Assembly (NCBI GenBank): GCA_043732185.1
Contig: JAYTHY010000116.1
Span: 1-22,055, forward strand
DNA length: 22,055 nt
Reading direction: 5' to 3'
Source of the DNA: Fibrobacteria bacterium
GTDB taxonomy: Bacteria; Fibrobacterota; Fibrobacteria; UBA11236
Under the pieces are notes generated by a model. The model was not told the origin of the DNA. It searched no databases and saw nothing but the letters and a program-made list of their open reading frames with translations. This document shows, piece by piece, positions 9,055 through 18,261 of the stretch (its first letter is position 1; each line of letters begins with the position of its first letter). Both the position numbers and the translations under genes were made by a program.

Positions 9055-9248
9055 GAGCTCTGTCGCGCGCGTCATGCGTCTCGGCTTTACAAACCTAGAT
9101 CAAATAAAATGGTATTTCTGTGCAACAAGAGCATGCCCCTGAGCGTCCGGCTTGCCGGCCGTCCGAGGGGAAGCTCGAACTGGACAGGGTCCATTAAACC
9201 TATTGATCACAAGGCCCGGGATAATGCGCGGTAAGTCGGCAGAGTTTC
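9054..9248 (+). ncRNA. ssrS: 6S RNA (SsrS) candidate
   Basis: About 195 nt, directly after zapA. Nested end-to-end pairing: GGAGCTCTGTCG/CGGCAGAGTTTC, CGCGCGT/ATGCGCG, TCTCGG/CCGGGA, GATCAA/TTGATC, AATGG/CCATT, TTCTGT/ACAGGG, GAGC/GCTC, CCCCT/AGGGG, with A/C-rich internal bubbles. zapA-ssrS synteny is well established. Confidence 0.8.
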
Positions 9249-9267
9249 TTTATTAGATTTTCCAAGC

Positions 9268-10176
9268 ATGGCAACACTACTCGATGGAAAAAAAACCGCT
9301 GAAAATATTCGTGCTGCACTTAAGGATCGCGTCCGCAAGCTCGCTGAATCCGGAATCCGTCCCGGTTTAAGTGTCACTTTGGTCGGAGAAGATCCGGCCT
9401 CAAAAGTGTATGTGGCTTCCAAGGATGCCGCCGCCACCGAAACCGGAATTCAAGCTTGGACTCATCGATTGCCCGCCACCATTTCTGAACAGGAACTGAC
9501 CGCGCATTTGGAAAAACAAAATCGTGATCCTGCGGTACATGGAATCCTTTTGCAGCTGCCATTACCCGCTCATCTTCCCTCGGAAAAATTGCTCAACCTC
9601 ATTTCTGCGGACAAGGATGTGGATGGTTTCCATCCAACCAATCTCGGCAATTTGATGCTTGGCCGCAAAGGATTTCGGCCTTGTACTCCATGGGGCGTGC
9701 AGGTTCTGTTACAGACCTATCAACTTTCACCTTCCGGAAAACATGTGGTGATTGTGGGGCGGTCCAATATCGTGGGCAAGCCGCTGGCCAATATGCTGAT
9801 GCAAAAAGAGGAATATGCCAATGCAACCGTTACCCTGTGTCATACCGGCACGCCAGACCTTTCCGTTTTCACCAAGCAGGCGGATTTTCTAATCGCTGCC
9901 GTGGGCAAGGCAGAAGTTATTACCGGCGATATGGTAAAAGATGGCGTCGTGGTTGTTGATGTGGGCATGAACAGAATTAAGAGCGACAAAACCAAATCCG
10001 GTTTCAAACTGGTTGGAGATGTCCATTTCGAATCCGTCGAAAAGAAGGCCAGTTACATTACGCCGGTGCCGGGCGGCGTGGGCCCTATGACCATTGCCAT
10101 GTTATTAACGAATACTGTCCTAGCGGCCGAGACAGCCGTAGCCGAGGCCGCTACCCTTAAAAAGTCTCAGACCTGA
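9268..10176 (+). CDS. folD: bifunctional 5,10-methylene-THF dehydrogenase/cyclohydrolase
   Basis: GEDPAS.VYV..K, HGILLQLPLP, KDVDGFHP.N.G, PCTP.G, GRSNIVGKP, DVG.NR, ITPVPGGVGPMTIAMLL.N. Confidence 0.98.
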   Translation: MATLLDGKKTAENIRAALKDRVRKLAESGIRPGLSVTLVGEDPASKVYVASKDAAATETGIQAWTHRLPATISEQELTAHLEKQNRDPAVHGILLQLPLPAHLPSEKLLNLISADKDVDGFHPTNLGNLMLGRKGFRPCTPWGVQVLLQTYQLSPSGKHVVIVGRSNIVGKPLANMLMQKEEYANATVTLCHTGTPDLSVFTKQADFLIAAVGKAEVITGDMVKDGVVVVDVGMNRIKSDKTKSGFKLVGDVHFESVEKKASYITPVPGGVGPMTIAMLLTNTVLAAETAVAEAATLKKSQT

Positions 10177-10342
10177 AAAGCCTCAAGGCCATCGGCCCTG
10201 CGGATGATGGGAAACTTGCGTTTGCGGCACTTAAGACCCATTGCCGAGGCGAAACCCCCACCCGGAATGGACCTGTTTTAGTATGTTTGGTAGAGCCCTT
10301 TTTGTAACATTTTGCCTAGGTTTAGCGCAGGTATAAAGGATC

Positions 10343-11233
10343 ATGTCAGCCCCAAATATCCAAACCATCGTTTCAGTTGAGGAATACCTGCAGCAGGCCT
10401 CCTTGAGCGTTAATGCCGCCCTGGAAAAATACCTGCCTGCGGAAACCGAAGCGCCAATTGACCTCCATAAAGCCGTACGCTATTCCATCTTTGCTGGAGG
10501 CAAAAGGTTACGTCCCGCCCTGGCGATGGCTGCCTTTGAAGCGTGTCAAGGCGAGGGAGAAAATATCTTATTGGCCGCGGCCGCTTTGGAGATGACCCAT
10601 ACTTTTTCGCTCATCCACGACGACTTGCCTTGCATGGACGATGATGATTTTCGTCGGGGTCGGCCCACCAACCACAAGGTTTTCGGAGAGGCCATTGCCA
10701 TCCTCGCCGGAGACTCGTTGCTGGTCTACGCATTTGAACTTTTGGCCAAGACCGGTCATCCAGAAAGCATCGCCACTTTGGCGCGTGCGCTTGGCACCAA
10801 GGGCATGCTTGGAGGTCAAGTCGTCGACATACAGAGCGAGGGCAAAAAGGTTTCCTTGGAGACCGTGAACTACATCCACAATCATAAAACTGCCGCGCTA
10901 ATCGAGGCTTCCTTGATGCTCGGCGCCCAATTGGCGGGTGCGGAGCGCGAGGTTATCAAGGGCTTTGGGGCTTTTGGCAATAAGATTGGTCTAGCCTTTC
11001 AAATTGTCGACGATATTTTGGACTTGGAGCAAACAACCGAAGCGTTAGGTAAAGATGCCGGTTCGGATTTGGCCAAAGGCAAGGCAACGTATCCAGCGGT
11101 TGTAGGCATTATGGCCTCCAAGCTTGAGGCACGCCAACTTGTGGAAGACGCAAAATTAGAATTACGGAAACTTTCGTTACAAAGCGGCATTTTGGAAATG
11201 ATCGCCGATTATATCATCACCCGGGTGCATTGA
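10343..11233 (+). CDS. ispA: polyprenyl (farnesyl/geranylgeranyl) diphosphate synthase
   Basis: GGKRLRP, first Asp-rich motif SLIHDDLPCMDDDDFRRG.PT.H, GQ..D, KT, second motif FQIVDDILD, GKDAGSD, KATYP. Upstream of dxs. Confidence 0.93.
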   Translation: MSAPNIQTIVSVEEYLQQASLSVNAALEKYLPAETEAPIDLHKAVRYSIFAGGKRLRPALAMAAFEACQGEGENILLAAAALEMTHTFSLIHDDLPCMDDDDFRRGRPTNHKVFGEAIAILAGDSLLVYAFELLAKTGHPESIATLARALGTKGMLGGQVVDIQSEGKKVSLETVNYIHNHKTAALIEASLMLGAQLAGAEREVIKGFGAFGNKIGLAFQIVDDILDLEQTTEALGKDAGSDLAKGKATYPAVVGIMASKLEARQLVEDAKLELRKLSLQSGILEMIADYIITRVH

Positions 11234-11269
11234 GAAATCGCCCCTTCTAGACTATGGGATCTACAGCTA

Positions 11270-13162
11270 ATGCTTGAAAAAATTCAATCTCCTGCCGATT
11301 TACGGAACATGTCCATCGACCAACTCAAGGAACTGGCTAGCGAAATCCGCGATGTCATTGTTCGCCAAGTCGCCAATAAAGGAGGCCACTTAGCTTCCAG
11401 TCTCGGTACGGTTGAACTGACGCTCGCCTTGCACAAGGTGTATAACACGCCCGTGGACAAGCTGGTTTGGGATACCGGTCACCAGGCTTATCCCCACAAA
11501 TTGGTGACGGGACGATACAAAGACTTCCATACCCTAAAACAATTTGGAGGCCTTTCCGGTTTTCTAAAACGCGATGAAAGTCCGTATGATGCTTTTGGCG
11601 CTGGACATGCGTCGACGTCTTTTGCTGCGGCCCTTGGTATGGCTGCAGCCCGCACTCAGAAAGGGCTGGACTTCGATGTTGTCGCCGTAATCGGTGATGG
11701 CGCTATGACGGGCGGAATGGTTTACGAAGCTTTGAATAATGCCGGTGAGATCAATGAAAAAATCACCTTTATTCTCAACGACAATAAAATGTCGATTGCC
11801 AAAAATGTAGGCGCCATTTCCAAGTATTTGAATCGCATTATTACCAACCCTACCTACAACAAACTCAAAGACGAAGTATGGGATCTTACCGGTCGTTTGC
11901 CACATGGCAAAGAACTGCAGAAGCTGGCGAGCAAGGTAGACGATGGCTTAAAGAAAATATTTCTTCCCGGTGGATTTTTTGAGGATTTGGGTATCCGCTA
12001 TTTCGGCCCCGTGGATGGACATAATGTCGGCGAGTTGATTGAGATTCTGGAAGCCGTCAAAAAGCGTCCAGGACCAAATCTCATCCACGTCGTAACCACC
12101 AAAGGCTTTGGCTGGGAGAAATCGGAGAAGGACGCCATCAAATGGCATGCTTCCAATCCCTTTGACATCGACTCCGGAAAACCCAAAGCGGCACCGGCTA
12201 AAACGCCGACCTTGACTCAAGTGTTTGGTGATGCCTTGTTGGAAATCGCCAAGCAAGACTCACGAGTCATCGCAATTACTGGGGCAATGCCCGATGGTTG
12301 CGGCGTGAATATCATGGCCAAGGAACTTCCCTCGCGCGTATACGATGTTGGCATCGCGGAACCCTATGCCGTTACCTTTGCGGCGGGCATGGCCTGTGAA
12401 GGTTTAAAACCCGTAGTGGCTATTTATTCCACCTTTCTGCAACGGGCCATCGATCAGATTGTGCATGATGTCGCCATTCAAGATTTGAATGTGGTCTTCG
12501 CCATTGATCGGGCTGGACTGGTCGGCTTGGACGGTGCCACCCATCACGGCGCTATGGACCTCAGCTATCTCGGGATGATTCCAGACATCGTGATCATGGC
12601 GTCATCGGATGAAAAAGAATTGCGCAATATGTTGTATACGGCGATCAAATACAATGAGGGTCCCGTCGCATTGCGCTATCCACGCGGCAGCGCAGCAACG
12701 ATTGATGCCAAGGCTCCTTTTGAAGCATTACCCATCGGTATCCCGCGTATCATTCAGGAGGGCGAAGAACTCTTGATCCTGGCGGTTGGCAATATGGTCG
12801 GCCAAGCCAAGCAAGCTGCTGCTGCACTTGAGAAGGATGGCATTCATCCGACCATAGTGGACGTGCGTTTCGTCAAGCCTTTGAATAGAGAAGCGTATGC
12901 GGAACTTTTCGGCCGCCACCGCGCCGTACTAACCATTGAAGACAATGTTGTTCACGGCGGTTATGGTGAGTCCGTGGCCTTGCTCATTTCTGAAATGGGC
13001 CGATATGATTTGGCAATTCGCCATCTTGGACTTCCCGATGAATTTGTGACGCATGGAGAGATTCCCGTCCTGCATAAGATCCATGGTCTTGATGCGGAAG
13101 GCATCCACAAAAAATCTGTGGAACTGCTTTCCCAGAACCACCTCAATCCCAAATCCCATTAG
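11270..13162 (+). CDS. dxs: 1-deoxy-D-xylulose-5-phosphate synthase
   Basis: GGHLASSLG, WDTGHQAYPHK, GHASTS, TPP motif GDGAMTGG..YEALNNAG...NDN, YSTFLQRA.DQ, DRAGLVG.DG.THHG, RYPRG. Confidence 0.98.
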   Translation: MLEKIQSPADLRNMSIDQLKELASEIRDVIVRQVANKGGHLASSLGTVELTLALHKVYNTPVDKLVWDTGHQAYPHKLVTGRYKDFHTLKQFGGLSGFLKRDESPYDAFGAGHASTSFAAALGMAAARTQKGLDFDVVAVIGDGAMTGGMVYEALNNAGEINEKITFILNDNKMSIAKNVGAISKYLNRIITNPTYNKLKDEVWDLTGRLPHGKELQKLASKVDDGLKKIFLPGGFFEDLGIRYFGPVDGHNVGELIEILEAVKKRPGPNLIHVVTTKGFGWEKSEKDAIKWHASNPFDIDSGKPKAAPAKTPTLTQVFGDALLEIAKQDSRVIAITGAMPDGCGVNIMAKELPSRVYDVGIAEPYAVTFAAGMACEGLKPVVAIYSTFLQRAIDQIVHDVAIQDLNVVFAIDRAGLVGLDGATHHGAMDLSYLGMIPDIVIMASSDEKELRNMLYTAIKYNEGPVALRYPRGSAATIDAKAPFEALPIGIPRIIQEGEELLILAVGNMVGQAKQAAAALEKDGIHPTIVDVRFVKPLNREAYAELFGRHRAVLTIEDNVVHGGYGESVALLISEMGRYDLAIRHLGLPDEFVTHGEIPVLHKIHGLDAEGIHKKSVELLSQNHLNPKSH

Positions 13163-13174
13163 GCGGCCCTGGAA

Positions 13175-14455
13175 ATGAATGACTCTCTTCCGGGTAATTC
13201 CGATGATGCAGATGGTGATTTTGATCTCTCCGGATTCCTAGACGATTCTGATTTTGCGAAGGATAGCGCGCCCAAACCCAAGGCAGCAACTCCCTCGCCC
13301 GCTGCTAAATTCATTCCAAAATCCGGAAAGCAAGGTGGAGAGAAGCCCGTCGCCAAAATCTCCAAGGGCCATCGTGAAATAAAAAGCGCGCCCCCGGAAG
13401 TGAAGAGCCGATATTCCGATCGGGACGAGGGACGGCCCATCCGTTCGAACGACCGCGGCGAAGGCAGGCCAAACCGTTCACAGGACCGTGGCGAGAGGTC
13501 AAATCGCCCCAGTGAGCGTGGCGATAGGCCGAATGGCCGATTTGATAATCCTGCATCGGGTGGGTATGCGCAAAAACCCTATCCTGCTCGGCAACCGGGC
13601 TATAATCGGGATTCCGGTTCGCGGGGGTCCAATAATTCCATCCATCACATTCCTCCTCGCGTAATAGAGCGTGTGGGTGGTGTCATCCATAAACCAGTGA
13701 GCCTGGAGGTAAAACCTTTTCTTCCGCTTAAGACGGATAAGGGTCGCTGGAAGGAAAGTCGGTTTCTGCTGGAAGGTTCCAAGAATATTTCCGATGTTCT
13801 TGCAGCCGGCACGGGCATAGTTGCCACCGTTCTTTACTCGGAAGAGTTCGCGGATTTGGAACTGTTATCCGTTTGTAAAAAAAACCGTATCGAAATGATC
13901 AAAGTGACAGCTGATGATATCAGCGCGTTGTCAGATACGGAGTCGCCGCAGGGGATTATCGCCGTGGCAAATTTTGCCACCTTGAAGCCGGATTGGAGTT
14001 TGGCGCGTTATGTCACCTTGCTTGACGGCGTTCAGGATCCAGGCAATGTCGGTGCCATATTGCGCACGTCGCTGGCATTAGGCATGGATGCTGTCGTAGT
14101 CGGAAAGGGAAGCTGTGATCCGTATAATCCCAAGGTGGTCCGCTCATCCGTGGGGGCATTGATGCGTTTGCCTTTTGAAACCGGTGAAGACTTGGGCGCC
14201 AAAATGGAATTTTTACGCTTGAAGGGATTTTCAATCGTGGCTACTTCATCGCATGCTAGATTGACATTGGATCAAGCCAAGCTGCGCAAAAAGGTTGCGC
14301 TCATTGTCGGCAACGAAGGGGCTGGAACCGGCGCGCAATATCAGGACATGGCGGATACCGTCGTCAAAATTCCTCTGAAGAACAAAGTAGAGTCACTGAA
14401 CGTTTCCGTGGCGCATGGTATTCTTACCTATCAACTCATTCACGGTCGAAGCTAG
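13175..14455 (+). CDS. TrmH/SpoU-family (SPOUT) RNA 2'-O-methyltransferase with long disordered N-terminus
   Basis: The C-terminal ~250 aa carry FLLEG, PQGIIAV, LDGVQDPGNVGAILRT, DPYNPKVVRSSVGA, VGNEGAG and VESLNVSVA. The N-terminal ~175 aa are low complexity. Confidence 0.9.
   Translation: MNDSLPGNSDDADGDFDLSGFLDDSDFAKDSAPKPKAATPSPAAKFIPKSGKQGGEKPVAKISKGHREIKSAPPEVKSRYSDRDEGRPIRSNDRGEGRPNRSQDRGERSNRPSERGDRPNGRFDNPASGGYAQKPYPARQPGYNRDSGSRGSNNSIHHIPPRVIERVGGVIHKPVSLEVKPFLPLKTDKGRWKESRFLLEGSKNISDVLAAGTGIVATVLYSEEFADLELLSVCKKNRIEMIKVTADDISALSDTESPQGIIAVANFATLKPDWSLARYVTLLDGVQDPGNVGAILRTSLALGMDAVVVGKGSCDPYNPKVVRSSVGALMRLPFETGEDLGAKMEFLRLKGFSIVATSSHARLTLDQAKLRKKVALIVGNEGAGTGAQYQDMADTVVKIPLKNKVESLNVSVAHGILTYQLIHGRS
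13418..13537 (+). repeat. four degenerate coding tandem repeats (24-33 nt; DRxEGRPxRS-type)
   Basis: DRDEGRPIRSN / DRGEGRPNRSQ / DRGERSNRPS / ERGDRPNG in the methyltransferase N-terminus. Confidence 0.7.
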
Positions 14456-14472
14456 GCCACGGATCTGTAAGG

Positions 14473-15048
14473 GTGGCCAAGTTTCCCTTCAAGCCGACGT
14501 ATAATTCTCCCGTTATCCTCACCTTCGCCCTGGCGGCCTGTATCGTTTTGGCCGTGGACGGTTTGTTGGGCGGACGGCTCATGCCGTATTTGTTCGTTAC
14601 CTATCCGGGCTTTCGCCTCACTTCGCCGTTGTATTATTTCCAACTGGTAGGCCATGTTCTGGGTCATCGCGACTGGAGCCATCTCGTCTCCAATTTTTCC
14701 GTGATTCTATTGGTCGGACCCATTTTGGAAGAGAAGTACGGATCCGGCAATTTGATAAAGATGATGCTGATCACTGCGTTGATAACGGGACTGCTCAATT
14801 CGGCCCTGTTTTCTACCGGGCTTCTCGGTGCCAGCGGTTTGGCTTTTTTAATGATTCTCTTGGCCTCCTTCACCAATCATCGAGAAGGGGAAATACCTTT
14901 GACGTTTCTGTTGGTGCTGGTGCTGTTCATGGCCCGCGAAGTGGTACAAGCTTTTTCCAAAGACGATATCTCCCAATTCGCGCATATTCTGGGGGGCATA
15001 ATAGGAAGCCTCTTTGGATTTTTCCGCGGACCCAAGCATTCTCGCTGA
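14473..15048 (+). CDS. rhomboid-family intramembrane serine protease
   Basis: H...H...HL..N motif, catalytic GASG, AHILG histidine, about 6 hydrophobic segments. GTG start. Confidence 0.92.
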   Translation: MAKFPFKPTYNSPVILTFALAACIVLAVDGLLGGRLMPYLFVTYPGFRLTSPLYYFQLVGHVLGHRDWSHLVSNFSVILLVGPILEEKYGSGNLIKMMLITALITGLLNSALFSTGLLGASGLAFLMILLASFTNHREGEIPLTFLLVLVLFMAREVVQAFSKDDISQFAHILGGIIGSLFGFFRGPKHSR

Positions 15049-15074
15049 CGCATTTTTTCAATCGGGGTAAGCCA

Positions 15075-15446
15075 ATGACCATATTATCAAAAGTCGCGAT
15101 TCTTGGAGCTTCGGATAATCCGGATCGCAGCAGTAACATGTTGGTCAAGCGTTTGCACTTAAAGGGTCACGAAGTATTCCCGGTACATCCTGCTTTGACC
15201 ACACTTGATGGTCTACACGTCTACCCAAATCTGGCTTCCTTGCCGAAGGGAATCGATGTGCTCAGCGTCTATCTCGGTCCTGAACGCAGCACTGCCCTGG
15301 CAACGGCTTTAGAAACTTGTGGCATTCCAAAAATCATTTTCAATCCCGGTGCGGAAAATCCCGCCCTCGAGCATCAGTTGGAAGCCAAGGGTATCCAAGT
15401 TCAGGAAGCGTGTTCCTTGGTTCTCAGCAGTCTTGACCAATTATAG
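15075..15446 (+). CDS. CoA-binding domain protein (YccU-like)
   Basis: VAILGASDNPDRSS, VFPVHP, FNPGAEN and C.LV are typical of the CoA_binding_2 family. Confidence 0.9.
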   Translation: MTILSKVAILGASDNPDRSSNMLVKRLHLKGHEVFPVHPALTTLDGLHVYPNLASLPKGIDVLSVYLGPERSTALATALETCGIPKIIFNPGAENPALEHQLEAKGIQVQEACSLVLSSLDQL

Positions 15447-15460
15447 ACCTGGAGAATTCC

Positions 15461-16162
15461 GTGTTGGAATGGATTTCTGAAATCGATCGGGCAGACAAAT
15501 TGGTGCCGGATCTTGTTCTTTATGGTTCCTCTTTGCTCGGCTTTGTATTCATGCCTGCGCATTTTGGTCGTAAGGTTTGGTGGATGCTGGCTTGGTTCCT
15601 TTTCTTGAACCTGGCATTCCTGCTGAATCTTTGGGATTTTCTGGATTGGAAAAGCCCGGCTATTTTTCTGCTGGTGGGACAACTTCCTTGGATACTTTTC
15701 GTAGCGGATCTTTTGTTCAAGGGTCGGCTCAGTGGCAAAGTGGAAGCGATTCCGATGAAAGAGTTGCTGCTGTGGCAAACAACGCGCTTAATGGGACTGC
15801 ATTTTTTATTGGCCATTTACGGCGGGTATGTGCCTTCGGAATTCGCAGCTCCGGTTGGATTGAGTGAGATCCTTACCGGATTGGGGGCTGTTGGGCTCTA
15901 TGTCAAATATAAGCCCGAAAGTGGTTTGTACCGCACCTTGCTGATTTTCTGGAATACCTATGGATTGACCTCTGTTGTTTCCACCGAGTATCGCATTTTC
16001 ATGGCCAATCCCCATATGCCATTTGGACGTCTTTCGACGGATATTTTCCAATACGTGACGGCCTATCCGCAAAACTGGGGATATTGCTTTTGGTTTCCCT
16101 TGACGATTGGAATGCATGCCGCCGTTTACTATAAAATGTATCACGCCAAAAGTTTCCGCTAA
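15461..16162 (+). CDS. uncharacterised polytopic membrane protein
   Basis: About 7 hydrophobic segments, with motif-like Q..R..G..FL, P..FA, WN.YGL, YP and P....H. GTG start with SD GGAG. Confidence 0.75.
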   Translation: MLEWISEIDRADKLVPDLVLYGSSLLGFVFMPAHFGRKVWWMLAWFLFLNLAFLLNLWDFLDWKSPAIFLLVGQLPWILFVADLLFKGRLSGKVEAIPMKELLLWQTTRLMGLHFLLAIYGGYVPSEFAAPVGLSEILTGLGAVGLYVKYKPESGLYRTLLIFWNTYGLTSVVSTEYRIFMANPHMPFGRLSTDIFQYVTAYPQNWGYCFWFPLTIGMHAAVYYKMYHAKSFR

Positions 16163-16204
16163 GCCACTTGAGAGGCTGCACGTTCGATATGGGAGGATGA
16201 GAAA

Positions 16205-17050
16205 ATGAAAACCTGGAAAATTAAAAACTTGATGCCGGTGCTGATAGCCGCAGTATTACTGACCCGTTGCTCTTGTGATTTTTTTGGAACCACAGGCGCG
16301 CTTTTGATTTCTGAAGCGGACGAAATGAAATTAGGTGCGGAGTTTGATTTGCAGCTGCGTACAGTGGACAGTATTAAGGTGCATTATCCTATCTACCAAG
16401 CCAATACTGCTGAGAAAATAGTCTTTCAGAATTATGTGCTCGATTTGGCTAAGGAAATTGTGGCGGCCATTCCTAAAGGGGACAAACCCGGTTATCCCTT
16501 CACTTTTACCTTGGTCGATACGGCCATTGAAAATGCCTTCGCCGTCCCTGGCGGGTATGTTTATATCTACACCGGCATCATCAAAAAAATGAAAGACGAG
16601 TCCGAATTGGCTGGTGTACTGGGTCATGAAATTGCCCATGTCACCCAGCACCATTATCGCGATGCCATGGCCAAGGATGCGGCGTTGTCCCTGCTTTTCC
16701 AAGCTTTGTTGGGCAACGATGCCGGTAAGTTGACGCAACTGGTGGCGGGAAGCTTTTTCCAGCTGGCAGCCATCAAAGTCACGCGATCCAATGAGGCTGA
16801 AGCGGATGAGTATGGTACCAAGCATGTAGCATATGTTCAGCGAAACCCCATGGGCATCGCAAAGTTTTTTAGCCGATATCCGGGGACGGGATTTGGCTGG
16901 CTTTCCACTCATCCAGACCCTCCCGATCGAGTTGGTAGTGTAACCAGGGAAGTCAATGGAATTGCCAGTTACAAGGCTTTGGCTGCCGACAGTTTAAAGA
17001 CCAATTACCAAACCCGTTTTGAACAGAAAACGGCTGCCCTTCCCAGATAA
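16205..17050 (+). CDS. M48-family zinc metallopeptidase, probable lipoprotein
   Basis: NAFAVPGG, ELAGVLGHEIAH (HExxH), E.EAD, WLSTHP. Signal peptide ends in LLTRCSC (possible lipobox). SD GGAGG. Confidence 0.93.
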   Translation: MKTWKIKNLMPVLIAAVLLTRCSCDFFGTTGALLISEADEMKLGAEFDLQLRTVDSIKVHYPIYQANTAEKIVFQNYVLDLAKEIVAAIPKGDKPGYPFTFTLVDTAIENAFAVPGGYVYIYTGIIKKMKDESELAGVLGHEIAHVTQHHYRDAMAKDAALSLLFQALLGNDAGKLTQLVAGSFFQLAAIKVTRSNEAEADEYGTKHVAYVQRNPMGIAKFFSRYPGTGFGWLSTHPDPPDRVGSVTREVNGIASYKALAADSLKTNYQTRFEQKTAALPR

Positions 17051-17052
17051 CC

Positions 17053-17697
17053 ATGCCCAGACCGCAGCTACTCTTTTTGGATTTTGACGGGGTGATCATG
17101 GATTCCATGGATCTCAAGCTGGACGCGTATTGCCATGCCTTTGCAGGCTGTGGATTTGCTCGAGAAGCCATTCACCAACTTCAATTGGCCTCCGCGGGAT
17201 TGTCGCGAGTCAAAACTATTCCCCTTATCTATTTGGCGCTTGCGGGAAAACCCATGCCGGAGCCCTTGTTCCAAACCACATTAGAGAGATTTACGGCGCA
17301 TGATGAAGCCAGTCGGGGTAAAATGACCTTAAAGTCTGGTGCAATGGAATTTCTTGAGGCGGCTCGCACCTTGCGCGTACATATGGCCGTGGTAACCGGA
17401 ACGCCCCAAGTCGCCATCGATCGGACTATAAACCAATTCAAATTGGATGCTTACTTCCTCAAAGTCTGTGGGACCCCGGGAGGCAAGGCTGGACATATAG
17501 AGGAGATGATCGAAGCGTATCGCCTCGATGCCGGGGAGTGCTGGTTTGTGGGTGATGCAATTATGGATCAAAAGGCGGCAGAAAGCGCTAAAGTGCGTTT
17601 TATTGGCCTCAATAATGGGGATGACCCCTTTCAAGCAGAAGGGGTTTGGCAGGAAATCCGCGCTCTGAACGAATTGATTCCGCTTTTGCGATCCTGA
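17053..17697 (+). CDS. HAD-superfamily hydrolase (phosphoglycolate phosphatase-like)
   Basis: Motif I LDFDGVIMDS, motif II VVTG, Lys in GGKA, motif IV FVGDAIMD. Confidence 0.9.
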   Translation: MPRPQLLFLDFDGVIMDSMDLKLDAYCHAFAGCGFAREAIHQLQLASAGLSRVKTIPLIYLALAGKPMPEPLFQTTLERFTAHDEASRGKMTLKSGAMEFLEAARTLRVHMAVVTGTPQVAIDRTINQFKLDAYFLKVCGTPGGKAGHIEEMIEAYRLDAGECWFVGDAIMDQKAAESAKVRFIGLNNGDDPFQAEGVWQEIRALNELIPLLRS

Positions 17698-17754
17698 ACA
17701 TTGCTCCTTTTTCGATAGGGCTTTTCTCTTTATTCCATCTTATACTTATCGCAT

Positions 17755-18258
17755 ATGCGGCGATTGTGGATTCTAATAGCACTTCCAGTTGCGGCCGTGG
17801 CCTTTGTTTGGCTGACGGGTATTTTAGTCGGTTCTCATTATTCTGTTAAAGCTTCTTTGCAGGTGGAGGCGACTCCCGAGGCCATATGGAAGGCTTTAAA
17901 TGCGGTGGAGAACTACCCCAGTTGGAGACCGGACGTCACGCTTGTGGAGATGGCGGGCATGAAGCCGGACTTGAAGTGGAAGGAGTACGACGGCAAAGGC
18001 CGGCTTGCCAATTATACGAATGCGGGATCTGTGCTTCCCGGAAAATGGGTCAGCCAAATGACCTCCGGTGTCAGTGCCATGCATGCCAGTCGGACGCTGC
18101 TGATTGTAGCTATGGAAGCGGGTGGTACCTTGATAGAGGCAACGGAGGAAGGGGATATTTCCAATCCCGTAGAACGCTTTCGGTATCGGTTTCAGATTGG
18201 GTATTCTGTTGCTCTGCAAAAGTTCCTTGCTGATTTGCGCAAGCGATTGGGTGAATGA
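17755..18258 (+). CDS. SRPBCC/START-like domain protein with N-terminal membrane anchor
   Basis: Hydrophobic N-terminus, then ATPEAIWKAL..VENYPSWRPDV and a C-terminal amphipathic helix (FLADLRKRLGE). Confidence 0.78.
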   Translation: MRRLWILIALPVAAVAFVWLTGILVGSHYSVKASLQVEATPEAIWKALNAVENYPSWRPDVTLVEMAGMKPDLKWKEYDGKGRLANYTNAGSVLPGKWVSQMTSGVSAMHASRTLLIVAMEAGGTLIEATEEGDISNPVERFRYRFQIGYSVALQKFLADLRKRLGE

Positions 18259-18261
18259 GAA

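Noticed and set aside
9054..9267. ZMP/ZTP (pfl) or THF riboswitch upstream of folD
   Set aside because: Characteristic conserved motifs were not seen. The single long rod fold, size and zapA linkage fit 6S RNA better.
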